Positions 10,714-20,396 of a stretch of 64,000 bases of DNA are shown one piece after another; the stretch's first letter is position 1, and each line of letters opens with the position of its first letter. This stretch comes from Faecousia sp. (GTDB lineage Bacteria; Bacillota; Clostridia; Oscillospirales; Oscillospiraceae): positions 4,745-68,744 of the forward strand of contig JAZSLC010000142.1 in the NCBI GenBank assembly GCA_045535175.1, in the 5' to 3' direction. A program made the position numbers and the translations under genes. Under the pieces are notes generated by a model. It was not told the origin of the DNA, searched no databases, and saw nothing but the letters and a program-made list of their open reading frames with translations.

Positions 10714-10742
10714 TTGACAAACTGCCTACGATGTAATAAAAT
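10714..10742 (+). promoter_or_regulatory. sigma-A promoter of acpP
   Basis: TTGACA-N17-TAAAAT. Confidence 0.7.
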
Positions 10743-10780
10743 ATTCGCGGACAGAAAATACCTATTACGGAGGTTATATT

Positions 10781-11002
10781 ATGTACGAAAAACTTGTTAG
10801 CTATGCTGCAAAGCAGTTGGAGCTGGATGCCGACGAAATCACCCGTGACAGCACTTTTGAGAGCCTGGGCATTGACTCCCTGGACATCGTTGAGATGATC
10901 ATGGACCTGGAGAGCGAGCTGGGTGTGGAGCTGGACATGGAAGATCAGCAGATTTCCACCTTCGGTGAACTGGCTGACTTTATTGATTCCAAGCTGAACT
11001 AA
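10781..11002 (+). CDS. acpP: Acyl carrier protein
   Basis: LGIDSLDIVE phosphopantetheine site; acidic 73 aa; GGAGG RBS. Confidence 0.9.
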   Translation: MYEKLVSYAAKQLELDADEITRDSTFESLGIDSLDIVEMIMDLESELGVELDMEDQQISTFGELADFIDSKLN

Positions 11003-11045
11003 ATAAAGCCTTTATAAGCTGACCGGCTTATAATAAGGTCGCACT

Positions 11046-11308
11046 AGTCGGGGAGATAGCGGTGCCCTGTTACCTGCAAGCCGCTATAGCAGGGATGAAT
11101 TCCCACACCCGGGCCTGTACAGTGCCGTCCGGAACGCGTAAGTGGCGTTGATGGATCGGTCTTGCGCAACGAGATCCCGTGAACCATGTCAGGTGGGGAA
11201 CCAAGCAGCATTAAGCGGATCTTCTCGTGTGCCGCGAGGTTGCCGTTCCTGAGTTGGCTGCGCGGATACCGGGTATTGTGCACGTTCAAATGTGGGTGTG
11301 CGATCTTG
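11046..11308 (+). ncRNA. ffs: Large (Alu-containing) signal recognition particle RNA
   Basis: Alu-like 5' GGGAGATAGCGGTGCCCTGTTACCTGCAAGCCGCTATAGCAGGG, helix-8 motif CAGGT-GG-GGAA-CC-AAGCAGCA, canonical position upstream of dnaX; ends approximate. Confidence 0.9.
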
Positions 11309-11354
11309 TTATGAGCCGGACAGCTCTATTATTAACCTTGAGAGGAGGGAGCCT

Positions 11355-12974
11355 ATGTATCAGGCATTATATCGTAAATATCGGCCTCAAACCTTTGATG
11401 ATGTGGTAGGTCAGGGTGCGGTTACCACAACCTTGAAAACCCAGCTTCAAAGCGGCCGTTTGAGCCATGCATATCTTTTCACCGGCTCCCGTGGCACCGG
11501 TAAGACCAGTTCCGCAAAGATTCTTGCAAAGGCAGTCAACTGTGAGGCGCCGGTGGATGGCAATCCCTGCAATTGCTGTCAGGCCTGCCGTACCATTGAT
11601 TCCGGTGCCTGTATGGATGTATTGGAGATTGACGCTGCATCCAATAACGGCGTGGATAATGTGCGTGATCTTCGGGACGATGCCATTTATACGCCCTCTC
11701 AGGTCCGCAAACGTGTTTACATCATCGATGAGGTTCACATGCTCTCCATTTCGGCATTCAATGCGCTGCTGAAGATCATTGAGGAACCTCCCGAGCATCT
11801 GCTGTTTATTCTTGCCACCACGGAACTTCATAAAGTGCCTGCTACCATCCTTTCCAGGTGCCAGCGCTTTTCGTTCCGCCGCATTTCCCAGGAAGACATT
11901 GCAGCCAGACTTCAGTATGTGGCTTACCAGGAGAATATTGACCTGGACGAGCCTGCTGCCCGGGTTCTTGCAAGACTTGCAGACGGTGGTATGCGTGACG
12001 GTCTGAGCCTGCTGGACCAGTGCGCTTCCGCTACCACCGGTGCTCTCACGGCGGACCGTGTCTATCAGTGCCTTGGGATTGCCGGTATTCAGGAATGCGG
12101 AAAACTGATGCAGGCCATTGCTGACCATGATACAAAAACCGCTCTGATGATGCTTGATACGGCCTATTCTGAGGGGAAAGACATGGGTGCCATGCTGGAT
12201 GAGCTGGCTTGCCTGACCCGGGATTTGATGGTTGTCCAGACGGCACCCAGAGAGGGAATTACACTTCTGTCGGGAGTTGCATCGGATGCCCAGGTGATGG
12301 ACCTGGCAAAGCGGTTTGGTCCCGGGGAACTGGTTTACATGATGAATGTGATTCAGAAGACCCAGGCAGGCTTTACCAGAAGCGCATCCCGCAGATTGGA
12401 TGCGGAGCTGTGTTTGGTGAATCTATGTCAGCCGGAGCTGAATCTGGATCCCCAGAGCATCAATGCAAGACTTTCCAGAGTAGAACAGCAGCTTAAGAGC
12501 GGTGTTGTGGTTGCGGCAAAGATACCCTCCGCTTCCGAAGAAGAGGAGGAAGAACGCCCTCCTGTTCATGGCGATGAAGATGCCCCTCCCGTGCCCTATG
12601 AGGAGCCTGCCCCGGTGCGGCCTGCTTCTGAGGCTCCCGTTGGATTCTGGACCGATCTCACCGGCCAACTTCGGGCTGAAATGAAGCCCCCTGTTTCCGG
12701 TTTCTTTGCGGCTTCGCCCAATGCCCCTGTTCAGGGGGCCCTGGTGGGAAATGTGCTGGAACTTCGGTGCGTTAATGCGTTTACTCTTGCGGTGGTAAAC
12801 AAGCCTGAGATACTGAAACTGGTGGCTGAGAAAGCCTCCGGAATGTTGGGCAAACCCGTGAAGGTCACAGTGGTGGATACTTCTGCGAAGCCCTCCGGTA
12901 ACAAGAATTTGGATCACCTGGTGCAGTTCGGACGAAACCACAGCACCGTGATCACTGTGAAAAACGATGAATAA
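11355..12974 (+). CDS. dnaX: DNA polymerase III subunit gamma/tau
   Basis: MYQALYRKYRPQTF, GSRGTGKT, EIDAASNNGVD, IIDEVHML. Confidence 0.97.
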   Translation: MYQALYRKYRPQTFDDVVGQGAVTTTLKTQLQSGRLSHAYLFTGSRGTGKTSSAKILAKAVNCEAPVDGNPCNCCQACRTIDSGACMDVLEIDAASNNGVDNVRDLRDDAIYTPSQVRKRVYIIDEVHMLSISAFNALLKIIEEPPEHLLFILATTELHKVPATILSRCQRFSFRRISQEDIAARLQYVAYQENIDLDEPAARVLARLADGGMRDGLSLLDQCASATTGALTADRVYQCLGIAGIQECGKLMQAIADHDTKTALMMLDTAYSEGKDMGAMLDELACLTRDLMVVQTAPREGITLLSGVASDAQVMDLAKRFGPGELVYMMNVIQKTQAGFTRSASRRLDAELCLVNLCQPELNLDPQSINARLSRVEQQLKSGVVVAAKIPSASEEEEEERPPVHGDEDAPPVPYEEPAPVRPASEAPVGFWTDLTGQLRAEMKPPVSGFFAASPNAPVQGALVGNVLELRCVNAFTLAVVNKPEILKLVAEKASGMLGKPVKVTVVDTSAKPSGNKNLDHLVQFGRNHSTVITVKNDE

Positions 12975-13026
12975 TATTCGGGCCTGTGCCCGGTACCAAT
13001 GATTATCAATATAAGGAGAAGATAAT

Positions 13027-13371
13027 ATGGCTAAAGGTGGATTTCGGGGTATGCCCGGCGGTATGAATCAGGCTGCCATGATGCGTCAGGCTCAGAAGAT
13101 GCAGCAGGATATGCTCCGTATGCAGGAAGAGATGGAAAACAAGACCTACAGCGCCACTGCCGGCGGCGGCATGGTGACCGCGGTTGTCAGCGGTAAGAAC
13201 GAGGTGGTCAGCATTACCATCAATCCCGAGGCTGTTGACCCTGATGATGTGGAAATGCTGCAGGATATGGTGATTGCTGCCGTTAATGAAGCCCTGAGAG
13301 CTGCAGAAGCTGACAAGGCTGCCAATATGTCCCGCCTGACCGGTGGTCTGAACCTGGGTGGGCTGTTCTGA
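13027..13371 (+). CDS. ybaB: YbaB/EbfC nucleoid-associated protein
   Basis: QAQKMQ, AGGGMV, DPDDVEMLQDMVIAAVNEA; between dnaX and recR. Confidence 0.95.
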   Translation: MAKGGFRGMPGGMNQAAMMRQAQKMQQDMLRMQEEMENKTYSATAGGGMVTAVVSGKNEVVSITINPEAVDPDDVEMLQDMVIAAVNEALRAAEADKAANMSRLTGGLNLGGLF

Positions 13372-13381
13372 GGTGGCTTGA

Positions 13382-13981
13382 ATGGATTATTTTCCCGCAG
13401 CCCTTCAGAACTTAGCGGATCAGTTTGCCAGGCTTCCCGGCATCGGTGGGAAAACGGCCCAGCGATTGGCGTTTCATATTCTCGGCTTGCCTGAGGAGGA
13501 TGCAAAAACTTTTGCAGAGGCTATTTTGGAAGCCAAATCCGCAGTACACACCTGTCCCATCTGCCAGAATCTGACGGACCATGAGATTTGTCCTATTTGT
13601 GAAGATTCCATCCGGGATCAGAGTGTCATTTGCGTGGTGGCAGAACCACGGGATGTGATTGCCATGGAGCGCAGCCGTGAGTTTAATGGCGTGTATCATG
13701 TGCTTCACGGTGTCATTTCTCCTTTGAATCATGTGACCCAGGATGACATCCGTATCCGGGAGCTGCTGCATCGGGTCGCTTCCGGTACGGTCCGGGAAGT
13801 GATCATGGCAACCAATCCCGATACGGAAGGTGAGGCAACCGCCATGTACATCTCCCGTTTGCTTCGTCCCATGGAAGTCAAAGTGACCCGGCTTGCTTAC
13901 GGCATCAGCGTGGGCAGTCAGCTGGAATTCACCGATGAGGTGACCCTTTCCAGAGCCCTGGAAGGCAGAACCGAAATATAA
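13382..13981 (+). CDS. recR: Recombination mediator RecR
   Basis: LPGIGGKTAQRLAF, C4 zinc finger, Toprim EVIMATNPDTEGEATA. Confidence 0.97.
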   Translation: MDYFPAALQNLADQFARLPGIGGKTAQRLAFHILGLPEEDAKTFAEAILEAKSAVHTCPICQNLTDHEICPICEDSIRDQSVICVVAEPRDVIAMERSREFNGVYHVLHGVISPLNHVTQDDIRIRELLHRVASGTVREVIMATNPDTEGEATAMYISRLLRPMEVKVTRLAYGISVGSQLEFTDEVTLSRALEGRTEI

Positions 13982-13984
13982 AAC

Positions 13985-14017
13985 AACGGAGGATCCCGAA
14001 AATGGGATCCTCCGTTT
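13985..14017. terminator. Bidirectional terminator between convergent genes
   Basis: AACGGAGGATCCC/GGGATCCTCCGTT inverted repeat. Confidence 0.8.
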
Positions 14018-14031
14018 GCCTTTTACTTAGA

Positions 14032-14352
14032 TCAATTTTCCATATACCCTACAAAGCCCAGGCTCTTGTAATCCAGGTATACGTTTTTGTCGGGGGACTT
14101 ACCGGAAGTTACCCGGCGGCAGGTGACTTCCCAAACAGGGCTGTCATCTTTGGAGCCTGCTTTGATTTCGAATACATGGTTCCAGCTGCGTCCTTCCATG
14201 TATTGATTGTCACGGGTGAAGCGAATCAGTTCCAGGCGGCGGAAGGTGTTGGTGGGAAATGCGTTTCTGATGCAGGTTTCAAAAAGCATTTCGGCATCTT
14301 TAACGCTGCCCATCTCGAAGGTGGAGCGGATCATAGCACTGTAGTTTTCCAT
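14032..14352 (-). CDS. Hypothetical protein
   Basis: 106-aa ORF with GGAGG RBS, directly downstream of the thioesterase gene. Confidence 0.7.
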   Translation of the reverse strand: MENYSAMIRSTFEMGSVKDAEMLFETCIRNAFPTNTFRRLELIRFTRDNQYMEGRSWNHVFEIKAGSKDDSPVWEVTCRRVTSGKSPDKNVYLDYKSLGFVGYMEN

Positions 14353-14366
14353 AAGTAGCCTCCAGA

Positions 14367-14753
14367 TTAAAGTTTATCGTATGCTTTTTCAAGAAATCTC
14401 TGGGTGTTGATTATAACGCGCTTGTGAACACCTTCGCCGATTTTACCGGTTTCGTCGAAAGCGGTAACGGAGAATGTAATGGTATTGCCTTCAACGGCGG
14501 TAACTTCAGCTTCTGCGCGAACCTCGAGACCCACTGGGGTAGCGGAAATGTGCTTGATAGAAAGCTCAGTACCGACAGTGGTTTTTGTTTCGGGAAGCGC
14601 ACCTTCCAGCGCCTCGCAGGCTGCACCTTCCATCAGCGCCACCATGCAGGGAGTGGCATAAACCAGAAGGGAACCGGATCCTACTTCCAATGCGGTATCT
14701 GATCGCTCCACATTTGTGGAAGCCTGTCCCTTCATTCCAACCGTAATTTCCAT
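14367..14753 (-). CDS. Hot-dog fold thioesterase (FlK-like)
   Basis: VYATPCMVALME, TTVGTELSIKHISATPVG, GEGVHKR. Confidence 0.9.
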   Translation of the reverse strand: MEITVGMKGQASTNVERSDTALEVGSGSLLVYATPCMVALMEGAACEALEGALPETKTTVGTELSIKHISATPVGLEVRAEAEVTAVEGNTITFSVTAFDETGKIGEGVHKRVIINTQRFLEKAYDKL

Positions 14754-14890
14754 TGAAATCACTTCCTTTCAAATAGATTATATCGAAAGAACTGGTCTGA
14801 GTCAATAAAAGGATTGAAATTTCAGGCGAATAAGGTTATAATGTCTGTAATTTACTGGCCCCCACTATTTAGATTATTTGAGGTGATATT

Positions 14891-16339
14891 ATGTTACATT
14901 CCGGAAAAATCAATCTGACGATGCTTTGCGATTTCTATGAGCTGACCATGTCCAACGGCTATTTCAAGTATGGCTATAAGGACAGAATCTGTTACTTCGA
15001 TGTTTTCTACCGTCAGTGCCCCGATGGAGGTGGCTTTGCCATTGCTGCAGGCTTGGAGCAGGTGGTTCAGTATATTCAGGACCTCCACTTCAGCGAAGAG
15101 GATATTGCTTATCTGCGGGAACGGAATCTCTTTGATGAAGACTTCCTCGCCTATCTGGCAGACTTCAAATTCACCGGTGATATTTGGGCTGTGCCCGAAG
15201 GTACGCCTGTTTTCCCTAAAGAACCCATTATGACCATTCGTGCTCCTGCCATTCAGGCCCAGCTGATTGAAACCTATATTCTGCTGTGCATTAACCATCA
15301 GAGCCTGATTGCCACCAAGGCTAATCGTGTTGTCCGTGCGGCTCAGGGAAGAACTGTTCTGGAATTCGGTTCCCGCCGTGCGCAGGGCGCTGACGCTGCC
15401 ATTCTGGGCGCCAGAGCAGCCTATATCGGCGGCTGTAACGGCACTGCCTGCACCATTTCCGATCAGCTCTTTGGTGTTCGTGCCGGCGGTACCATGGCTC
15501 ATGCCTGGGTTCAGATGTTTGATACCGAATACGAAGCATTTAAGACCTACTGTGAGATCTATCCCAATAATCCCACTCTGCTGGTGGATACCTACAATAC
15601 CCTGAAGTCCGGTGTTCCCAACGCGATCCGGGCGTTCAATGAGGTTCTGAAGCCCAGGGGCCTTACCAAGTGCGGCATTCGTCTGGACTCCGGTGACATG
15701 ACCTATCTCAGCAAGAAGGCCCGTCAGATGCTGGATGAGGCCGGCTGGACCGATTGTCAGATTTCTGTTTCCAACTCTCTGGATGAGTACATTATTCAGG
15801 CGATCCTTCGTCAGGGTGCCCAGATTGATGTGTTTGGTGTTGGTGAGCGGCTGATCACGGCCCGTTCCGAGCCTGTTTTCGGCGGCGTGTACAAGCTGGT
15901 GGCTGTGGAAGAGGAGGACGGCACCATCACCCCCAAGATCAAGATTTCTGAGAATGTGGGTAAGATCACCAATCCCCACTATAAGAAGCTGTACCGGTTC
16001 TTTGGCAACGATACCGGCAAGGCTATTGCCGATTACCTCTGCGTTTATGATGAAACCGTAGATGATTCCGGCGAATTCGAGATCTTCGATCCCGAGGCTA
16101 CCTGGAAGACCAAGGTGGTATATAATTTCACTGCTAAGCAGTTGATGGTGCCGATTTTTGTTGCTGGTGAGCTGGTTTATCAGCTGCCCACTTTGGATGA
16201 GATTCGCACCTATTGCCTGCAGCAGGTGGATACCCTTTGGGACGAAGTCAAGCGCTTTGATAATCCCCACAGCTATTATGTGGACCTCAGCAAGAAGCTT
16301 TGGGACATCAAGTATGGCCTTCTGAAAGGCAAGAGTTAG
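14891..16339 (+). CDS. pncB: Nicotinate phosphoribosyltransferase
   Basis: DFYELTM, EFGSRRAQG, GTMAHAWV, LLVDTY, GIRLDSGD. Confidence 0.95.
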   Translation: MLHSGKINLTMLCDFYELTMSNGYFKYGYKDRICYFDVFYRQCPDGGGFAIAAGLEQVVQYIQDLHFSEEDIAYLRERNLFDEDFLAYLADFKFTGDIWAVPEGTPVFPKEPIMTIRAPAIQAQLIETYILLCINHQSLIATKANRVVRAAQGRTVLEFGSRRAQGADAAILGARAAYIGGCNGTACTISDQLFGVRAGGTMAHAWVQMFDTEYEAFKTYCEIYPNNPTLLVDTYNTLKSGVPNAIRAFNEVLKPRGLTKCGIRLDSGDMTYLSKKARQMLDEAGWTDCQISVSNSLDEYIIQAILRQGAQIDVFGVGERLITARSEPVFGGVYKLVAVEEEDGTITPKIKISENVGKITNPHYKKLYRFFGNDTGKAIADYLCVYDETVDDSGEFEIFDPEATWKTKVVYNFTAKQLMVPIFVAGELVYQLPTLDEIRTYCLQQVDTLWDEVKRFDNPHSYYVDLSKKLWDIKYGLLKGKS

Positions 16340-16346
16340 TAAAACA

Positions 16347-16377
16347 GAAAGGCTCCCGATTTTTCGGGAGCCTTTTC
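16347..16377 (+). terminator. Intrinsic terminator after pncB
   Basis: GAAAGGCTCCCGA/TCGGGAGCCTTTTC. Confidence 0.75.
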
Positions 16378-16394
16378 GATAAGGATCTGATGAG

Positions 16395-16649
16395 TTGGAA
16401 AAAAAGTACTATGTATATATGATTCGCTGCAAAGATGGGAGTCTTTATACCGGCAGTACCGATGATGTGCAGCGCAGATTTCTGGTCCACAGCAGCGGCA
16501 AGGGTGCCAAGTACACCCGGGGTAGGGGACCACTGGAGCTGGTATATTCTGAAGAATGTGCCACCTGGTCTGATGCTTTGAAGCGGGAACGGAAGATAAA
16601 AGCCCTTTCAAAAGCAGAAAAGGAAAACTTGATTATCGCTTCTGAGTAA
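16395..16649 (+). CDS. GIY-YIG nuclease family protein (UPF0213/YazA-like)
   Basis: YYVYMIRCKDGSLYTG, H.SGKGAKYTRGR.P, ALKRE..IK. Confidence 0.9.
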   Translation: MEKKYYVYMIRCKDGSLYTGSTDDVQRRFLVHSSGKGAKYTRGRGPLELVYSEECATWSDALKRERKIKALSKAEKENLIIASE

Positions 16650-16707
16650 TAGTACTCGAAAACATGACTATACTGAACTGAAAGACTACTTTCGGGGATG
16701 TGTATTC

Positions 16708-17457
16708 GTGGGGTACTATATGGATACTTCTGAGACAGTTCCGGATGGGCTTGGCTTCTCTTATTTTTCTTTGGAGCATTTCCTTTGCCTTGCAATAGCG
16801 GCTGTTCTCATTTGCGTTGTGGCGTTTCTATATGTGAAAAGCAATTCTGTTTGGCGCTTGCGAATTCGCCATATACTTTCGGGAACTGCAATTGGCGCAG
16901 AGTTGTTCAAGCAGCTTTTGCTCCTGATCGGAAATCGATGGCTCCCTTGTTATCTTCCGTTTCACCTGTGCAGTATCAACGTGTTTCTGATTCTGTGGTT
17001 TACACTTCGGAAGAATAGGATCATTGGGTGCTTTCTTTATGGAGTGTGTATGCCGGCAGCACTGGCTGCATTGCTGTTTCCGGGGTGGAACGATCTCCCG
17101 GCCTGGAACTTCATGTATCTGCACAGTTGGGTACAACACATCGTTCTGGTGATCTATCCGCTTGCCTTGGTGTTGACTGGAGACATTCGACCGAATGTGC
17201 GTGATGGACTCAAATCCCTGTTGCTTTTGGCTTGTTTTGCTTCATTGTTTTATGGCCTGAACTGGTTACTCTACCACAGAGGAATCTATGTGAACTTCTT
17301 TTTCTTGAGGACAGTGCCCGAAAACAATCCACTTAATGTATTTGAATCCCTGTTTGGCAATTACCGATACGGCTTGGTAATGGTGGTTATTCTGGTTCAG
17401 ATCTTTATGTATACGCCGCTTCTGATACGAAAACATAAATACGATCCGAAACCCTGA
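16708..17457 (+). CDS. YwaF/TMEM164-like integral membrane protein
   Basis: Multiple TM segments, LPFHLCSI, ALLFP and NFFFL motifs. Confidence 0.75.
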   Translation: MGYYMDTSETVPDGLGFSYFSLEHFLCLAIAAVLICVVAFLYVKSNSVWRLRIRHILSGTAIGAELFKQLLLLIGNRWLPCYLPFHLCSINVFLILWFTLRKNRIIGCFLYGVCMPAALAALLFPGWNDLPAWNFMYLHSWVQHIVLVIYPLALVLTGDIRPNVRDGLKSLLLLACFASLFYGLNWLLYHRGIYVNFFFLRTVPENNPLNVFESLFGNYRYGLVMVVILVQIFMYTPLLIRKHKYDPKP

Positions 17458-17477
17458 TGGGCTTCGGATCGTTTCTG

Positions 17478-18761
17478 TTAGAGGGATGTACAACCGGCTT
17501 CGATCATTCGCTGCAGACTTAGCAGGATGCCCAGCTTTGCGTGATACCAGGTAAGACCGCCCTGGAAGTATACCGCATAAGGGGGGCGAATGGGGCCGTC
17601 AGCACTCAGTTCAATGGAGGAACCTTGAATAAAGGCACCGGCTGCCATGATGACCTTGTCGTTATATCCCGGCATATCCCAGGGCAGGGGAGTGGCGAAG
17701 CTGTCAACAGGGGCAGCGGCCTGGATGCCGCCGCAGAAGGCGATCATGGCCTTTTCGCTGCCCAGTTCCACAGCCTGGATAATATCGTGACGGGTTTCGC
17801 TTGCAGAGGGGACGCACCGGAAGCCCAGGGGTTCGTATAGGGTGGCGGCAAAAATGGCGCCCTTTTCGGCTCCGGCAACCACTGTGGGAGCCATGAAGAA
17901 ACCCTGGTAAAGGCTCAGCATCAGACCCAGGTTGGCGCCAACCTCCTGGCCAAGACCTGGAGCGGAAAGTCTGAATGCGCAGCGGCTGACACACTGCTCC
18001 GTACCGCAGATATATCCGCCAATGGGGGCAAGGCCGCCGCCGGGGTTTTTGATGAGGCTTCCGACAACCATGTCGGCACCCACATCGGAGGGCTCGATGG
18101 TTTCCACAAACTCGCCGTAGCAGTTATCCACCATGATGATCACGTCGGGCTTGACAGCTTTGCAGAAAGCGATCAGTTCTCCGATCTGTGCCACAGAGAA
18201 GGTGGGTCGGGTGGCATAGCCCTTGGACCGCTGGATGGTGATCAGCTTAGTCTTCTCGTTGATGGCAGCTTTGATGCCATCGTAATCGAATCCGCCGTCT
18301 TCTGTCAGGTCAACCTGGCGGTAGCTGACACCGTATTCTGCCAGAGAACAGGGGCTGGGACGGATGCCGATCACTTCCTGAAGGGTATCGTAAGGTGCGC
18401 CCACGGGAGAGAGCAGTTCGTCACCGGGCAGCAGATTAGCAGAAAGGGCAACGGTCAGAGCATGGGTGCCGCAGGTGATCTGGGACCGAACCAGGGCGGC
18501 TTCGGTGTGAAATACGTCGGCATAGACCTTTTCCAGGGTGTCGCGGCCAACATCATCATATCCGTAGCCGGTGGTACCGACGAAACAGGCGGCGCTGACA
18601 CGGTGCTTCTGCATGGCGGCAAGGACTTTTGCCTGATTGTATTCTGCAATCTGATCGATCCGGTCAAACCGTTCTCTCAGTTTCTTGAGGGCTTCTTCGC
18701 CGTATGCATAAACAGCCCGGGAAACCCCCAGTTGTTCATAAAATTCCAGTAATTTTTCCAT
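17478..18761 (-). CDS. YnbB / aluminium-resistance family PLP-dependent protein (methionine gamma-lyase-like)
   Basis: GYGYDDVGRD, CGTHAL, IQRSKGY, DNCYGEFVE, GSLIKNPGGG. Confidence 0.9.
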   Translation of the reverse strand: MEKLLEFYEQLGVSRAVYAYGEEALKKLRERFDRIDQIAEYNQAKVLAAMQKHRVSAACFVGTTGYGYDDVGRDTLEKVYADVFHTEAALVRSQITCGTHALTVALSANLLPGDELLSPVGAPYDTLQEVIGIRPSPCSLAEYGVSYRQVDLTEDGGFDYDGIKAAINEKTKLITIQRSKGYATRPTFSVAQIGELIAFCKAVKPDVIIMVDNCYGEFVETIEPSDVGADMVVGSLIKNPGGGLAPIGGYICGTEQCVSRCAFRLSAPGLGQEVGANLGLMLSLYQGFFMAPTVVAGAEKGAIFAATLYEPLGFRCVPSASETRHDIIQAVELGSEKAMIAFCGGIQAAAPVDSFATPLPWDMPGYNDKVIMAAGAFIQGSSIELSADGPIRPPYAVYFQGGLTWYHAKLGILLSLQRMIEAGCTSL

Positions 18762-18779
18762 AATGAACCTCTGTAATTC

Positions 18780-19484
18780 TTAATCTCTTCTTCTGCGTCC
18801 GCCAAACAAAACCAGCAGACGAAGCAGCTGTGCCAAGGCAGTGGCAGTTGCGGCCACATAGGTCATGGCAGCGGCAGTTAATGTTTTCCTTGCGCCTCTT
18901 TGCTCCTCTTCTGTCAGAAGCTGTGTGCTTTCAATTGCCTGCATGGCCCGGCGGCTGGCATTAAACTCCACGGGCAGTGTCACAAACTGAAAGAGAACCG
19001 AAAGGCCGAAACAGGCAATGCCGAGATACACAAAGAAGTAGCTCATTTCCCCCAGAAAACTCAGCACCAAACCAAGAAGAATCAAAGGCATGGAGATCTT
19101 GGAACCCAGATTCGTAATGGGAACCAGGGTGGCACGAAGCTTGATGGGCGCATAGTGCTGCGCATATTGAACCGCGTGACCGGCTTCATGACAGGCAACA
19201 CCGATGGCAGCAGTGGATGTGCTACCGTACACGCTGTCAGACAAGCGAATCACATTGGTCTTGGGGTCGAAGTGATCTGTCAGATTTCCGGAAATCCGTT
19301 CGATGCGCACATTGTAGACTCCGTTTGCCCGCAGAACCCGTTCGGCAGCCTGCGCGCCCGTAAGATTGCGTCTGGAATACTGCTTGGAATACTTGTTAAA
19401 GGTGCTGTTGACAGTGGAACTGGCCCATAACGAGAGAATCAAACAGGGGAGAACCAGTACAACATAAGTCCAATCAAAATACAT
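18780..19484 (-). CDS. YugP-family membrane zinc metallopeptidase
   Basis: LTDHFDP, ACHEAGHAVQ (HExxH), TLPVEFNASRRA, AAAMTYVA. Confidence 0.92.
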   Translation of the reverse strand: MYFDWTYVVLVLPCLILSLWASSTVNSTFNKYSKQYSRRNLTGAQAAERVLRANGVYNVRIERISGNLTDHFDPKTNVIRLSDSVYGSTSTAAIGVACHEAGHAVQYAQHYAPIKLRATLVPITNLGSKISMPLILLGLVLSFLGEMSYFFVYLGIACFGLSVLFQFVTLPVEFNASRRAMQAIESTQLLTEEEQRGARKTLTAAAMTYVAATATALAQLLRLLVLFGGRRRRD

Positions 19485-19485
19485 A

Positions 19486-20271
19486 TTACACTTCCTCCGG
19501 CTCCATGGCATCATGGAGCATATCTGTAATGGCGTTGCGGAAAATACCGAACGCGTGGTTATGAAGGGTTTCCAAAGCACCGGCAGACTGGGGGACGGTA
19601 ACTTTGCTCAGAAGGAACAAGTCCTGATCAAATACAAACTTCACTTCCTGGTCCTGCTTACCGGCGATGGTTACTTTGCCGGGACCTGCGTGGATCTTGA
19701 TATGACACCCGTCCCTGAGAACCTGTTCAGAGTCTACACCGCAGCGGGCAACGGTCTGTTCAGCTACATTGTCCATTCCCAAAATGCCGAGATAAGGTGC
19801 TTCGATCAGATCCCGGAACATTGCATCAGGCATATCCAGCTTCTGCCGGGAAATGAAATTGATATAGCGCAGACCGATTCGTTCAAAATAGGCAGGCTTG
19901 TAGATCTGAATCAGTGCCACCAAAGGCCGGTCCAGCATATTGGCAAAATCTTCCCACCGTGAATAACGGCTGCAAGCCAGAGAGATGAACTTGCTGGTGA
20001 GATTGACCCGCCACACGCCGTCAGGTGTGGAAAACTGATAGTTATTGGTGGGGGTTTGCTGCTGAACCTGCATGGCTCCCGGTTGTCCGGTGACCTTGGG
20101 GGGAGGGGCTTCCTTACGAACGGAATAGACCGGGAAAATACTGCGGATTGCATCCTGAAAACGGGCAGGCAGATCGGTTTCAATGCTGAGAATTTCCGGG
20201 AAACGAAGCTGACAGATCACTTCGCCCAGCATATTATTGCGGTAAATGCAGCGACGGTGTTTATTGCTCAT
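19486..20271 (-). CDS. TIGR04255-like protein
   Basis: EVICQLRFP, Y.RWEDF, RIGLRYIN and FVFDQD motifs. Confidence 0.75.
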   Translation of the reverse strand: MSNKHRRCIYRNNMLGEVICQLRFPEILSIETDLPARFQDAIRSIFPVYSVRKEAPPPKVTGQPGAMQVQQQTPTNNYQFSTPDGVWRVNLTSKFISLACSRYSRWEDFANMLDRPLVALIQIYKPAYFERIGLRYINFISRQKLDMPDAMFRDLIEAPYLGILGMDNVAEQTVARCGVDSEQVLRDGCHIKIHAGPGKVTIAGKQDQEVKFVFDQDLFLLSKVTVPQSAGALETLHNHAFGIFRNAITDMLHDAMEPEEV

Positions 20272-20396
20272 GGCTAAACCTCAATTCTGCGTATGATAGA
20301 CCATTATACCTCGAATGCTGAAAAAACGCAACCCTGCCCCGTTTACATTTCTTCGATTGTGCGGTATAATGAACAAAAATCACGAGAGGTGAGATT

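Noticed and set aside
10695-10725. Possible relic of a cmk start (MA*KTAID) after the HI0933 gene
   Set aside because: Only a few codons resemble cmk, and the ATTGAC is explained as the -35 box of the acpP promoter.
14894-16270. Long antisense ORFs (also 23407-24741, 28520-29782, 29846-31054, 43540-45291, 56850-58040, 60319-61734)
   Set aside because: They are shadows of well-supported genes on the opposite strand and show no recognisable motifs.
16395-16649. GIY-YIG gene as a homing or mobile endonuclease
   Set aside because: It is a short UPF0213-type housekeeping form with no flanking repeats or intron context.
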